A stretch of 64,000 bases of DNA from an uncultured Bdellovibrionales bacterium (GTDB lineage Bacteria; Patescibacteriota; Minisyncoccia; Moranbacterales; DUUL01), in assembly GCA_964505305.1 (NCBI GenBank), contig CAZDHE010000001.1, forward strand, positions 27,776 through 91,775. Reading direction: 5' to 3'. Both the position numbers and the translations under genes were made by a program. The notes below the pieces were generated by a model. It searched no databases and was not told the origin of the DNA. It saw only the letters and a program-made list of their open reading frames with translations. This document shows, in pieces, positions 55,216-64,000 of this stretch; the stretch's first letter is position 1; each line of letters opens with the position of its first letter.

Positions 55216-58200
55216 ATGTCAGACTCCAAGAAACTAGCTGTTAAAAAAGATTTTAGTAAGCACTCCAGCTTATCAAAAAGAAAGTTTTTTCGAAAGCATT
55301 CTATGGTTTCCCTTCCCAACTTAATTGAACCGCAAAAGGCTTCTTATAACTGGTTTATGGAGGAGGGTCTTAAAGAAGTTTTTGAGGAAGTTTCTCCTAT
55401 TACTGATTTTGCGGGAAAAGATTTGGAGCTGAGTCTGGGGGACTATTATTTGGATGAGCCTAAGTATGATGAGTTTACGGCTAAAGATAAAAATATTTCC
55501 TATGATGCTCCCTTGAGGGTTAAAGCTTCTTTGTTGATCAAAAAAACCGGGGAGGTGCGAGAGCAGGAAATTTTTTTGACTGACTTCCCAATAATGACTG
55601 ATAGGGGAACTTTTATAATCAACGGTGTTGAAAGAGTGGTGGTTTCTCAGATTGTAAGAAGTCCCGGCGCCTTTTTCACTATGAATTACCAAAAAGGAAA
55701 AAAGCTTTTTGGCGCTAAAATTATCCCTAACAGGGGAGCTTGGTTGGAATTTGAAACCGATTATGACGGAGCTTTGTGGGTTAAAATAGACAGGCGAAGG
55801 AAACTTCCGGTGACTTCTCTTTTGCGAATTTTCGGCTTTAAATCCAAAGAAGAGATGATTAAGGAGTTTGCCGAAGTTGACAACCAAGAAATTTCTTACA
55901 TCAGAGAAACTTTAAATAAAGATATTGCTACTAACCTTGGAGAAGCTTATAAAGAAACCTATAAACGTCTGAGACCCGGAGACTTGGCTACTGAAGAGAA
56001 CGCCAAGCAAATGGTGCATGACACCTTTTTCAGTTTTGACAGATACGACCTAAGCAGAGTAGGCCGATACAGAATGAATTCTCGTTTGGGAATGAACAAA
56101 AAAGAGGAATTGGAAGAAAACAGGATTTTAGGTAGAGATGAATTGGTAGAAGTTATTAAAGAAATTATTCGTCTTAATAATAATCCCGTCGCTCAACCCG
56201 ACGATATTGATCACTTAGGATCCAGAAGAATAAGAGGCATAGGAGAGCTTGTTCAAAATAGGGTAAGGGTGGGATTGGCCAGAATGGCTAGAAATATTAA
56301 AGACAGAATGAGCACTTGCGATACTGCCACTGTCTTGCCCGGACAACTTATTAATCCCCGGCCCACTTCTGCAGTTGTTAAGGAGTTTTTTGCTTCTTCT
56401 CAACTTTCTCAATTTATGGATCAGGTTAATCCTTTGGCGGAGTTGGAACATAAGAGGAGATTGAGCGCTATGGGCCCTGGAGGATTGGCCAGAGAAAGAG
56501 CCGGATTTGAGGTTAGAGATGTGCACTCTTCCCACTATGGAAGAATTTGCCCGGTACAAACCCCGGAAGGTCCCAACATTGGTTTAGTTGGGCATCTGGC
56601 TACTTATGCCAAAATTAATCCTTATGGATTTATAGAAACTCCTTATAGACCGGTCTTAAGAAAGTTGAGCAAGGATGCTCCCCGGGAAGAGTGGATCGGA
56701 AGAATTCCCAAAGTTGATATAAAAGATAAAAACGGGAATATTTTATGCTCCAAGGGTGAGGTTGTTTCCAAAAAAGAAGCTGATAAAATTAAAAACGCCT
56801 CCCAAGATGAAATAGAGGTAAATGCTTTTATTTCCGGGAAAGTAGAATATTTAGATGCTTTTAGAGAAGAAAATTTTCGCATTGCCCATGCCGGAATCAA
56901 AGCTGATGATTTTGATAATTTATTGGATGAAGTTGCAGATGTTAGATATAAAGGTGAGCCTCAAACGGCCGACTTGGAAGAAGTTGACTATGTGGACGTA
57001 TCCTCCAAACAATTTATTTCCGTAGCTACGGCTTTAATTCCATTTTTGGAACATGATGATGCCAACAGAGCTTTAATGGGCTCTAATATGCAACGTCAGG
57101 CGGTTTCTTGCGTGAAACCGGAGGCTCCTTTGGTGGGAACCGGCTTGGAAGACAAGGCGGCTGCCGATTCCGGCCAAGCTATTTTGGCCCAAGAAGACGG
57201 AGAAGTAGCGGAAGTGGATGCCAGTCGGGTAATAATTAAAAAAAGTAATTCAGGTAAAGGGGCTAAAAGAGTGACCTATTGGCTGCAAAATTTTGCCAAG
57301 TCCAATGGTTTTTCCTGTATGAACCAAATTCCAAGAGTTGACAAAGGTCAAAAAATTAAAAAAGGAGATCTTTTGGCGGATGGAGCTTCTACGGAGAAGG
57401 GAGAATTGGCGCTGGGCCAGAATATTTTAACGGCTATTATGCCTTGGGAGGGGTATAATTATGAAGATGCTATTATTATATCCAAGAAATTGGTTAGTGA
57501 TGACAGGTTTAGCTCTATCCATATTGAAGATTTCAAAGTTGATGTTAGAGATACCAAACTTGGTCCGGAAGTTGTAACCAGAGACATACCTAACATTGGA
57601 GAGGATAGACTCAAAAATTTAGATGAAACAGGAGTTATTAGAATTGGCGCGGAAGTTTCCTCCGGAGATATTTTAGTGGGAAAAGTAACTCTTAAGGGAG
57701 AAGGGGATCTTACAGCTGAAGAAAGACTTTTGAGGGCTGTTTTTGGCGAAAAGTCAAGAGATGTTAAGGATACTTCTTTGTATCTTCCTCATGGAGAAAG
57801 CGGAAAAGTCGTGGATATAAAAGTTTTTTCCAGGGAGAAAGGAGACAAGCTTCCGGCCGGGGTTATTGAGCAGATTCAAATTTCCATCGCTCAATTAAGA
57901 AAAATTTCCGTAGGAGATAAATTAGCCGGAAGGCATGGTAACAAAGGTGTTATTTCCAAAATAGCCGCTGAAGAAGATATGCCCTTTTTGCCGGATGGAA
58001 CTCCAGCTGAATTAATTCTAACTCCTTTGGGTGTTCCTTCTCGTATGAATCTGGGTCAGATTATGGAAACGCATTTGGGTTGGGCGGCTTCCAAGTTAGG
58101 CTATAATGCAGCCTCTCCGGCGTTAAATGGAGTTACCAAGGAAGAAATTAGAGGCGAATTAGAAAAAGCGGGGCTTCCTCTTCATGGAAAGACTAAGCTA

Positions 58201-58605
58201 ATTGACGGAAAAACCGGGGAATATTTCGATCAAGAAACTACAGTGGGCTATATGTATATACTAAAGCTAAATCACTTAGTGGATGACAAAATCCATATGA
58301 GATCTATCGGACCTTATTCCTTGATAACTCAGCAGCCTCTCGGAGGAAAGGCTCAGTTTGGAGGTCAGCGATTCGGAGAAATGGAAGTTTGGGCCTTGGA
58401 GGGTCATGGAGCAGCTTATACTCTTCAGGAGATGCTCACAATTAAATCTGACGACGTTTTGGGAAGATCTAACGCTTATGAATCTATTATTAAAGGAGAA
58501 GTTATAAATCCCCCCAATATTCCGGCCTCCTTCCATGTGCTTTTAAATGAGCTTAAAGCTTTGGCGCTGGATGTTAGATTGCTGAAAAAAGAAAATAACA
58601 ATTAA
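55216..58605 (+). CDS. rpoB: DNA-directed RNA polymerase beta subunit
   Basis: 1129 aa. Full-length RpoB with conserved blocks (FMDQVNPLAELEHKRRLSA, GRHGNKGVISKI, GGQRFGEMEVWALE). Confidence 0.98.
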   Translation: MSDSKKLAVKKDFSKHSSLSKRKFFRKHSMVSLPNLIEPQKASYNWFMEEGLKEVFEEVSPITDFAGKDLELSLGDYYLDEPKYDEFTAKDKNISYDAPLRVKASLLIKKTGEVREQEIFLTDFPIMTDRGTFIINGVERVVVSQIVRSPGAFFTMNYQKGKKLFGAKIIPNRGAWLEFETDYDGALWVKIDRRRKLPVTSLLRIFGFKSKEEMIKEFAEVDNQEISYIRETLNKDIATNLGEAYKETYKRLRPGDLATEENAKQMVHDTFFSFDRYDLSRVGRYRMNSRLGMNKKEELEENRILGRDELVEVIKEIIRLNNNPVAQPDDIDHLGSRRIRGIGELVQNRVRVGLARMARNIKDRMSTCDTATVLPGQLINPRPTSAVVKEFFASSQLSQFMDQVNPLAELEHKRRLSAMGPGGLARERAGFEVRDVHSSHYGRICPVQTPEGPNIGLVGHLATYAKINPYGFIETPYRPVLRKLSKDAPREEWIGRIPKVDIKDKNGNILCSKGEVVSKKEADKIKNASQDEIEVNAFISGKVEYLDAFREENFRIAHAGIKADDFDNLLDEVADVRYKGEPQTADLEEVDYVDVSSKQFISVATALIPFLEHDDANRALMGSNMQRQAVSCVKPEAPLVGTGLEDKAAADSGQAILAQEDGEVAEVDASRVIIKKSNSGKGAKRVTYWLQNFAKSNGFSCMNQIPRVDKGQKIKKGDLLADGASTEKGELALGQNILTAIMPWEGYNYEDAIIISKKLVSDDRFSSIHIEDFKVDVRDTKLGPEVVTRDIPNIGEDRLKNLDETGVIRIGAEVSSGDILVGKVTLKGEGDLTAEERLLRAVFGEKSRDVKDTSLYLPHGESGKVVDIKVFSREKGDKLPAGVIEQIQISIAQLRKISVGDKLAGRHGNKGVISKIAAEEDMPFLPDGTPAELILTPLGVPSRMNLGQIMETHLGWAASKLGYNAASPALNGVTKEEIRGELEKAGLPLHGKTKLIDGKTGEYFDQETTVGYMYILKLNHLVDDKIHMRSIGPYSLITQQPLGGKAQFGGQRFGEMEVWALEGHGAAYTLQEMLTIKSDDVLGRSNAYESIIKGEVINPPNIPASFHVLLNELKALALDVRLLKKENNN

Positions 58606-58686
58606 GCGTCTTAGTTAATTTTTTAAAAGGCTTTTTTATTGAAAAATTTAAAAGCTTTTGATCAATAATAATATAATTTTAAAGCA

Positions 58687-61600
58687 ATGGCTGACAACAA
58701 GATTACAAAAATTTCCGATTTTGATTTAGTTCAACTTAAGTTGGCTTCGCCCGAAAATATATTGGAGTGGTCTTGCGGCGAGGTAATCAGACCGGAAACT
58801 ATAAATTACAGAACCCAGAGATATGAGAAAGACGGTCTTTTTTGCGAGAAAATTTTCGGTCCTTCCAAGGACTGGGAATGTTATTGTGGCAAATACAAGA
58901 AAATTAGGTATAAGGGCGTGGTGTGCGATAAGTGCGGAGTTGAAGTTACCAGATCTATTGTTAGAAGAGAGAGGATGGGTCATATCAAATTGGCAGCGCC
59001 TGTATCTCATATTTGGTTTTTAAAAGGCATTCCATCCAAGGTGGGGCTGGCTTTAAATCTCACTCCTCAATCTTTGGAAAGAGTTGTTTATTTTGCCGGT
59101 TACATAGTCACTAATATTGACGAAGAAGCCAGAAAAGAAACCATTAAAAGCCTTGATGCCGATTTAAAACAACAAGTTAAGTCAGCCAAGACTAAAAAAG
59201 AACAGCAACAACTCAAGAAAGTTTTTAAGCAAACCAAGGATGAAATCAAAAGTTTAAGCAAAAAACAGATTTTGACGGAAGTGGAATATTATAACTTATC
59301 CAGAAAATTTGGCCAAGTGTTTGAGGCCTCTATTGGAGCTGAGGCAATCGAAAAACTATTGTCGGAAATCGATTTAGATAAAGAAATAGATGCTACGGAA
59401 AAAGAGTTGAATGGAGAAAAGGTCGTTGATCAGAAAAAACTTATTAAAAAACTCCGGTTACTTAAGGGATTAAAAATGGCCGGGTTAAGACCGGAATGGA
59501 TGATGTTGAAGGTTATTCCCGTTATGCCGCCGGATTTAAGGCCGATGGTTCAATTGGATGGGGGCAGATTTGCCACTTCGGATTTAAATGATCTATATAG
59601 GCGAATTATTAATCGCAACAACAGATTGAAGAAATTGGTGGAACTGGGAGCGCCCGAGGTTATCCAGAGAAATGAAAAGAGAATGCTTCAGGAGGCTGTG
59701 GACGCTTTGATAGACAATGATGCTCGCAGAAGCCAAACCAGAGTGGCCGCCTCCACCGGTCAGAGCAGAGCTCTAAAATCAGTGGCGGACATGCTCAAGG
59801 GAAAACAGGGAAGGTTTAGGCAAAATCTTTTAGGAAAAAGAGTGGATTATTCCGGCAGAAGCGTTATTATTATCGGGCCCAGCTTGAAACTTGATGAGTG
59901 CGGAATTCCTAAAAAGATGGCATTGGAGCTTTTCAAACCTTTTATTATCAACAAGCTTATTGAAAAAGAATATGCTCATAATGTTAGAACCGCCGGCAGG
60001 ATGGTAGATGGAGAAGCCGAGGAAGCCTATGCTATGTTGGAAAAAATCATTGACGAGCAGTATGTTCTTTTAAATAGGGCCCCTACTTTGCACAGGCTTT
60101 CTATTCAAGCTTTTAAACCAAGATTGATAGAGGGAAAGGCTATCCAGATTCACCCTTTGGTTTGCGCTGCTTTTAATGCTGATTTTGACGGAGATCAAAT
60201 GGCGGTTCATGTTCCTTTGACCAAAAAGGCCAGACAGGAGTGCGCTGAAATTATGCTTTCCAGCAAGAATTTATTAAAACCCTCCAGTGGTGATCCTATT
60301 ACTAATCCTTCCCAGGATATAGTTTTGGGAGTTTATTACTTGACTATGCCCGAAGATGGCTTAAAGGGGGAAGGAAAGTATTTCTCTTCCATTGAAGAAA
60401 TTATTCAAGCTTACCAATTTGGAATCATAGATTTAAAAGCCAAGGTGCTTCTTTATGAAGAGAGTGGTAATAAATTAGAAATTACAGCCGGGCAAGCTTT
60501 GCTAAATGATATTTTGCCGGAGAATTTGAAGTATGTCTGTGAAGCTTTAGACAAAGGAAAACTAAAGAAGCTCATCGCTGATTTTCTACAGTCTGAAGGT
60601 ATTGATAAAACCGTCGAGTTCTTGGATCAGTTAAAAAATTTGGGATTTCAATATGTGACTTATTCCGGAATAAGTTTGGGTATCGAGGATATCTATATAC
60701 CTGAAAAGAAGGAGGGAATAATAAAAGAAGCTGAAGAAAGGGTTGAAGAAATCAATGAGCAATATGATATGGGCCTTTTAACTGAAGACGAGAGAAAAAT
60801 TAAAATTATTGAAATTTGGAATGAGACTAAAAATCAAATCGGAGAAGAGGTAACAAAAATGATAGACCCGAAAGGGCCTATTGCTTCTATGATTAATTCT
60901 AAGGCCAGGGGTTCGGAGTCAGTGGTTGTTCAGATGGCTGGAATGAAAGGTCTGGTTGCCGGTCCCACCGGAGAAACTATCGAACTTCCCATTAAAGGCT
61001 CCCTTAAGGCGGGATTCAATGTTTTGGAGTATTTTATTGCCACTCACGGAGCCAGAAAAGGTATGGCCGATACCGCTCTAAGGACAGCCACAGCCGGTTA
61101 TCTTACCAGGAGATTGGTGGACGTCTCTCAAGATATTATTATTAAAGAGGATGATTGCGGAGATACGGAGGGCGCTTACATATACTTTGAAGATGCTGAA
61201 AACATCGGACAAAGCTTTGCTTCCAGAGTGGTCGGAAGGGTTCCCGTGGAGGATATCAAAAATCCCGAAACAGGAAAGACTTTAGCTAAAAAGGGAGAGA
61301 TTGTAACTCATAAGCAAGCACAGCAAATTGAAGATAGTAAGATTGAAAAGGTAAAGATTAGAAACTTGGTAACTTGTAAAACTTCCAGAGGAGTTTGCAG
61401 GAAATGTTATGGTATGGATCTTGGTAGAAATGATTTAGTTAAAATGGGTGAAGCAGTTGGTACAGTAGCCGCTCAAGCAATTGGAGAGCCGGGAACTCAG
61501 TTGACAATGAGAACTTTCCACATAGGAGGATTGGCCGGAACAGATATTACGCAAGGTTTGCCCAGAGTGGAGGAAATTTTTGAAAATAGGAACCCCAAAA

Positions 61601-62274
61601 CCGAAGGAATTATTGCCGAATTTGACGGAAGAGTAGTGGACGTGAAGGAGAATGATAAGCAGAAAATTATTAAAGTGGAAAAGGCCTCCCAGGGAAGAGG
61701 CAGAAAGAGCAAAGATAACACTAAGGAGTATGTTATTCCTTCGGTTATCAATGCCAAAGTTCAGAAAGGCGATAAGGTTGTTACGGGCCAAGTTCTCTCA
61801 GAAGGGCATTTGAATTTAAAGAAGGTATTTAAGATTAGCGGAAGGGACGCTTTGCATCGCTATGTTATTCAGGAGGTGCAAGAGATTTATCAAACTCAAG
61901 GAGAGGGCATTAATGACAAGCATCTGGAGATAATAATAAGAAGAATGCTTTCCCGAATAAAAGTTTCGGATTCCGGGGAAACTGAACTGCTTGATGGAGA
62001 TGTCGTGGAATTAGAAAAATTTGAAGAAATTAATCAAAGAGCCAAAGAAGGGGGACTAAAAGAAGCCCAGGGAGAGAGGTTAGTGATGGGAATATCCAAA
62101 GTGGCCTTATCCACTGACAGCTTTTTGTCTGCCGCCTCCTTCCAAGAAACAGCCAAGGTTTTGATTGACGCTTCTATTCAAGGGAAGAGAGACCATTTAA
62201 GGGGATTGAAGGAAAATATTATTATTGGAAAATTGATTCCGGCAGGAACCGGTTACAGAAAAGATTTGGAATAA
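58687..62274 (+). CDS. rpoC: DNA-directed RNA polymerase beta' subunit
   Basis: 1195 aa. Zinc motif [15 protein letters not shown], catalytic [12 protein letters not shown] and trigger-loop region. Confidence 0.98.
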   Translation: MADNKITKISDFDLVQLKLASPENILEWSCGEVIRPETINYRTQRYEKDGLFCEKIFGPSKDWECYCGKYKKIRYKGVVCDKCGVEVTRSIVRRERMGHIKLAAPVSHIWFLKGIPSKVGLALNLTPQSLERVVYFAGYIVTNIDEEARKETIKSLDADLKQQVKSAKTKKEQQQLKKVFKQTKDEIKSLSKKQILTEVEYYNLSRKFGQVFEASIGAEAIEKLLSEIDLDKEIDATEKELNGEKVVDQKKLIKKLRLLKGLKMAGLRPEWMMLKVIPVMPPDLRPMVQLDGGRFATSDLNDLYRRIINRNNRLKKLVELGAPEVIQRNEKRMLQEAVDALIDNDARRSQTRVAASTGQSRALKSVADMLKGKQGRFRQNLLGKRVDYSGRSVIIIGPSLKLDECGIPKKMALELFKPFIINKLIEKEYAHNVRTAGRMVDGEAEEAYAMLEKIIDEQYVLLNRAPTLHRLSIQAFKPRLIEGKAIQIHPLVCAAFNADFDGDQMAVHVPLTKKARQECAEIMLSSKNLLKPSSGDPITNPSQDIVLGVYYLTMPEDGLKGEGKYFSSIEEIIQAYQFGIIDLKAKVLLYEESGNKLEITAGQALLNDILPENLKYVCEALDKGKLKKLIADFLQSEGIDKTVEFLDQLKNLGFQYVTYSGISLGIEDIYIPEKKEGIIKEAEERVEEINEQYDMGLLTEDERKIKIIEIWNETKNQIGEEVTKMIDPKGPIASMINSKARGSESVVVQMAGMKGLVAGPTGETIELPIKGSLKAGFNVLEYFIATHGARKGMADTALRTATAGYLTRRLVDVSQDIIIKEDDCGDTEGAYIYFEDAENIGQSFASRVVGRVPVEDIKNPETGKTLAKKGEIVTHKQAQQIEDSKIEKVKIRNLVTCKTSRGVCRKCYGMDLGRNDLVKMGEAVGTVAAQAIGEPGTQLTMRTFHIGGLAGTDITQGLPRVEEIFENRNPKTEGIIAEFDGRVVDVKENDKQKIIKVEKASQGRGRKSKDNTKEYVIPSVINAKVQKGDKVVTGQVLSEGHLNLKKVFKISGRDALHRYVIQEVQEIYQTQGEGINDKHLEIIIRRMLSRIKVSDSGETELLDGDVVELEKFEEINQRAKEGGLKEAQGERLVMGISKVALSTDSFLSAASFQETAKVLIDASIQGKRDHLRGLKENIIIGKLIPAGTGYRKDLE

Positions 62275-62303
62275 GTTACTGTCGAAATTTGCCAATAATC
62301 ATA

Positions 62304-62330
62304 AAAACCCCGCCTCAGGCGGGGTTTTAT
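62304..62330. terminator. Bidirectional Rho-independent terminator (rpoC / rpsT)
   Basis: AAAACCCCGCC-tca-GGCGGGGTTTT, with an A-tract on one side and a T-tract on the other. Confidence 0.85.
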
Positions 62331-62373
62331 TTGTTTTGCCGAAACAGTTTCTAATAAATTTGCAGTTATAAAA

Positions 62374-62637
62374 CTATCCCAGCTTTTTAATTTTCTTTAT
62401 TAAAGAGGATTTTTTTCTAGATCCGGTATTTTTTTTGATAACACCCTTTTTTACGGCTTTGTCTATAAACTTTTGAGCCTTAATAAAAGACTTTTCGGCT
62501 TCTTCTTTTTTTCCTTCCTTGATTAAATCATTAAGCTCTCTAATAGCTTTTTTCATATCCAGTTTTCGCTTTCTATTCTCGGCGGTTTTCTTGCGGGTAA
62601 CCTTAACGTATTTTTTGGCAGATTTTAAAATTGGCAT
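62374..62637 (-). CDS. rpsT: 30S ribosomal protein S20
   Basis: 87 aa. MPILKSAKKYVKVTRKKTAENRKRK.., a typical S20. Confidence 0.9.
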   Translation of the reverse strand: MPILKSAKKYVKVTRKKTAENRKRKLDMKKAIRELNDLIKEGKKEEAEKSFIKAQKFIDKAVKKGVIKKNTGSRKKSSLIKKIKKLG

Positions 62638-62840
62638 AATTAATTAAGATAAGAATTTAATAAAATTATTAGATTAACGTTATTCGCTTTTTAATTCAGT
62701 CTATAGAATAGAAAAGTATTAAAAAGAAAAAATCGATTTATTTATTACTAACAAGAACTTTATCATAGATTGGAATTTTTGTAAAGATAATGTTAAAATT
62801 AAGGCGATCCAAGGCGAGTTAATTTTTGAAGAATATTATT

Positions 62841-63410
62841 ATGATAGGAAAACTAAAGGGCAGCGTAGATTATATAAGGAATGGTTATGCAGTAGTGGAT
62901 GTCAAAGGGGTTGGTTATAAAGTGCAATTAAGCGAGATGAGCTTGGGGAAAGTTTCTGCCGGAACGGAGGCGGAGATTTTTACTTATACTTATGTTCGCG
63001 AAGATCAATTGGCTTTATTTGGCTTTTTATCTTGGGAAGAATTGGAGATTTTTGAGTTGTTGATTTCAGTTTCCGGCATAGGCCCCAAGGCGGGCTTATC
63101 CATTCTTAACATAGCTTCTCCCAACGCAATCAAAACGGCCATAATTAATCAAGACGTATCCATTTTAACCAGGGTTTCCGGAGTGGGAAAAAAAACTGCC
63201 GAAAGAGTGGTGCTGGAGCTACAGAATAAGATAGAAGATTTGCCGGACAGCGTCCAACAAGAATCTCGTGGAGAGCAGGAAGTGTTAGAAGCCTTGATGG
63301 CAATGGGTTATAGCACGACTGAGGCTAGGGAGGCCGCTAAGGCTGTTTCAAAGGAAAATGGAGATGTTTCCGAGAAAATAAAAATGGCGCTTAAATCAAT
63401 GAAAAAATAA
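62841..63410 (+). CDS. ruvA: Holliday junction DNA helicase subunit RuvA
   Basis: Start placed at ATG 62841 (MIGKLKG). Contains LFGF, VSGIGPKAGLSIL and VSGVGKKTAERVVLEL (HhH motifs). Confidence 0.9.
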   Translation: MIGKLKGSVDYIRNGYAVVDVKGVGYKVQLSEMSLGKVSAGTEAEIFTYTYVREDQLALFGFLSWEELEIFELLISVSGIGPKAGLSILNIASPNAIKTAIINQDVSILTRVSGVGKKTAERVVLELQNKIEDLPDSVQQESRGEQEVLEALMAMGYSTTEAREAAKAVSKENGDVSEKIKMALKSMKK

Positions 63411-63414
63411 ATAT

Positions 63415-64000
63415 ATGAAAGAACAAGAAGAATTTTTAGCTGAAAACACCAAGGACGGAGGTTTTTTGCAATCTGTTTATTGGAAAGAATTTATTTCCAA
63501 AACGGGAAAAAAGGTTTTTCATTGGAGAAGAAGGGGCTTTAACGGCTTGTTTGTTGAGCATTCTTTGCCCTTAGTGGGAAATTACTGGTTTTGTCCTCGG
63601 GGCCCTGTGGGGAGGAAAGGAGAAATGCAATCAAATCTGGGAGAAATTTTTAATAAAGCTCGCAAAAACAAGGTTGGCTGGCTGAGATTGGAGCCTCAGG
63701 ATAAGGAATTTATAAGTTTTGTTAAAAAAGAAATTTTTTCCAAAGCAGTAAGGGCGCCCAAAAATCATGAGCCGGAAGAGACTTTGGTGATAGATTTAAA
63801 TAAGGACCTGAATCAAATTTTGAAAGAAATGAAATCTAAAACCCGCTACAATATTCGCTTGAGTCAAAAAAAAGAGGTTGTAATCAAAGAGAGTTTTAGT
63901 AAAGACGATTTTGAGGGTTTTTGGAGAATTTTAAAAGAGACTTCAAATAGGGATAAAATAAAAATTTATCCCAAAGAGTATTATCGAGAAATGCTTAGAA
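63415..64000 (+). CDS. FemAB-family peptidoglycan interpeptide-bridge aminoacyltransferase (N-terminal part, runs off right edge)
   Basis: Own translation from ATG 63415: MKEQEEFLAENTKDGGFLQSVYWKEF..HSLPLVGNYWFCPRGP..MKSKTRYNIRLSQKK. The frame is open to the window end. It is not in the ORF track because it has no stop. Confidence 0.6.
   Translation, partial: MKEQEEFLAENTKDGGFLQSVYWKEFISKTGKKVFHWRRRGFNGLFVEHSLPLVGNYWFCPRGPVGRKGEMQSNLGEIFNKARKNKVGWLRLEPQDKEFISFVKKEIFSKAVRAPKNHEPEETLVIDLNKDLNQILKEMKSKTRYNIRLSQKKEVVIKESFSKDDFEGFWRILKETSNRDKIKIYPKEYYREMLR

Noticed and set aside
55321-55887. Long antisense ORFs inside rpoB, rpoC, fusA, tuf, polA, ftsK and the ATPase gene. Examples are 55321..55887, 61435..61791, 17715..18101, 32840..33358, 8385..8765 and 25360..25767.
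   Set aside because: All overlap strongly supported sense-strand genes, have no homology pattern and show a composition typical of antisense frames.
1-64000. Searched by eye for CRISPR arrays, IS elements or transposases, integrases, reverse transcriptases, toxin-antitoxin pairs and known defence operons.
   Set aside because: No regularly spaced direct repeats were seen. No ORF in the track has transposase, integrase, RT or Cas-like motifs. Small adjacent ORF pairs look like membrane or stress proteins rather than toxin-antitoxin modules.

Overview
AT-rich bacterial chromosomal segment, almost entirely housekeeping genes. Calls: rnj (partial), PGI/PMI-type isomerase, secG, rpsO, ftsK, ftsA and ftsZ, the str cluster rpsL-rpsG-fusA-tuf, fpg, holA, polA, murG, rplY, rbr plus dfx, eno, gpmI, fmt-def-priA, rsmI, a miaB-like gene, rpoB-rpoC, rpsT, ruvA and a partial FemAB-family gene. 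There are five canonical tRNAs: Lys-CUU, Arg-UCG, Thr-CGU, Lys-UUU and Gly-UCC. Gene content is consistent with a small-genome anaerobe such as a Patescibacteria/CPR lineage. The pointers are short proteins, DUF3048, a C39-like peptidase, FemAB, rubrerythrin plus desulfoferrodoxin, an orphan LigD phosphoesterase and sparse metabolism. This placement is inference only. I found no integrase, transposase, CRISPR array, reverse transcriptase or recognisable defence or toxin operon, so I cannot support a novel protein-encoded system. The unusual signals are at the RNA/DNA level. (1) In a 1.3-kb non-coding locus (22960-24268), a complete tRNA-Arg(UCG) sits inside a perfect 19-bp inverted repeat that splits a second tRNA-Arg-like gene into 5' and 3' pieces. 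The locus also has a 73-nt tRNA-sized element that keeps only a tRNA-Lys 5' block and an acceptor-like closing helix. (2) A two-copy intergenic element of about 165-205 nt (23205-23368 and 37955-38158) has a conserved TATAAT box and a structurally conserved hairpin plus U-tract, making it a candidate sRNA family. (3) A 121-nt three-helix structured RNA candidate lies at 28712-28832. (4) fpg carries an in-frame TAA at codon 16. (5) The miaB-like gene lacks the TRAM domain and carries an in-frame array of heptanucleotide repeats. (6) A P-type ATPase has DKTKT in place of DKTGT. All structure calls were made by eye and need computational and experimental confirmation.
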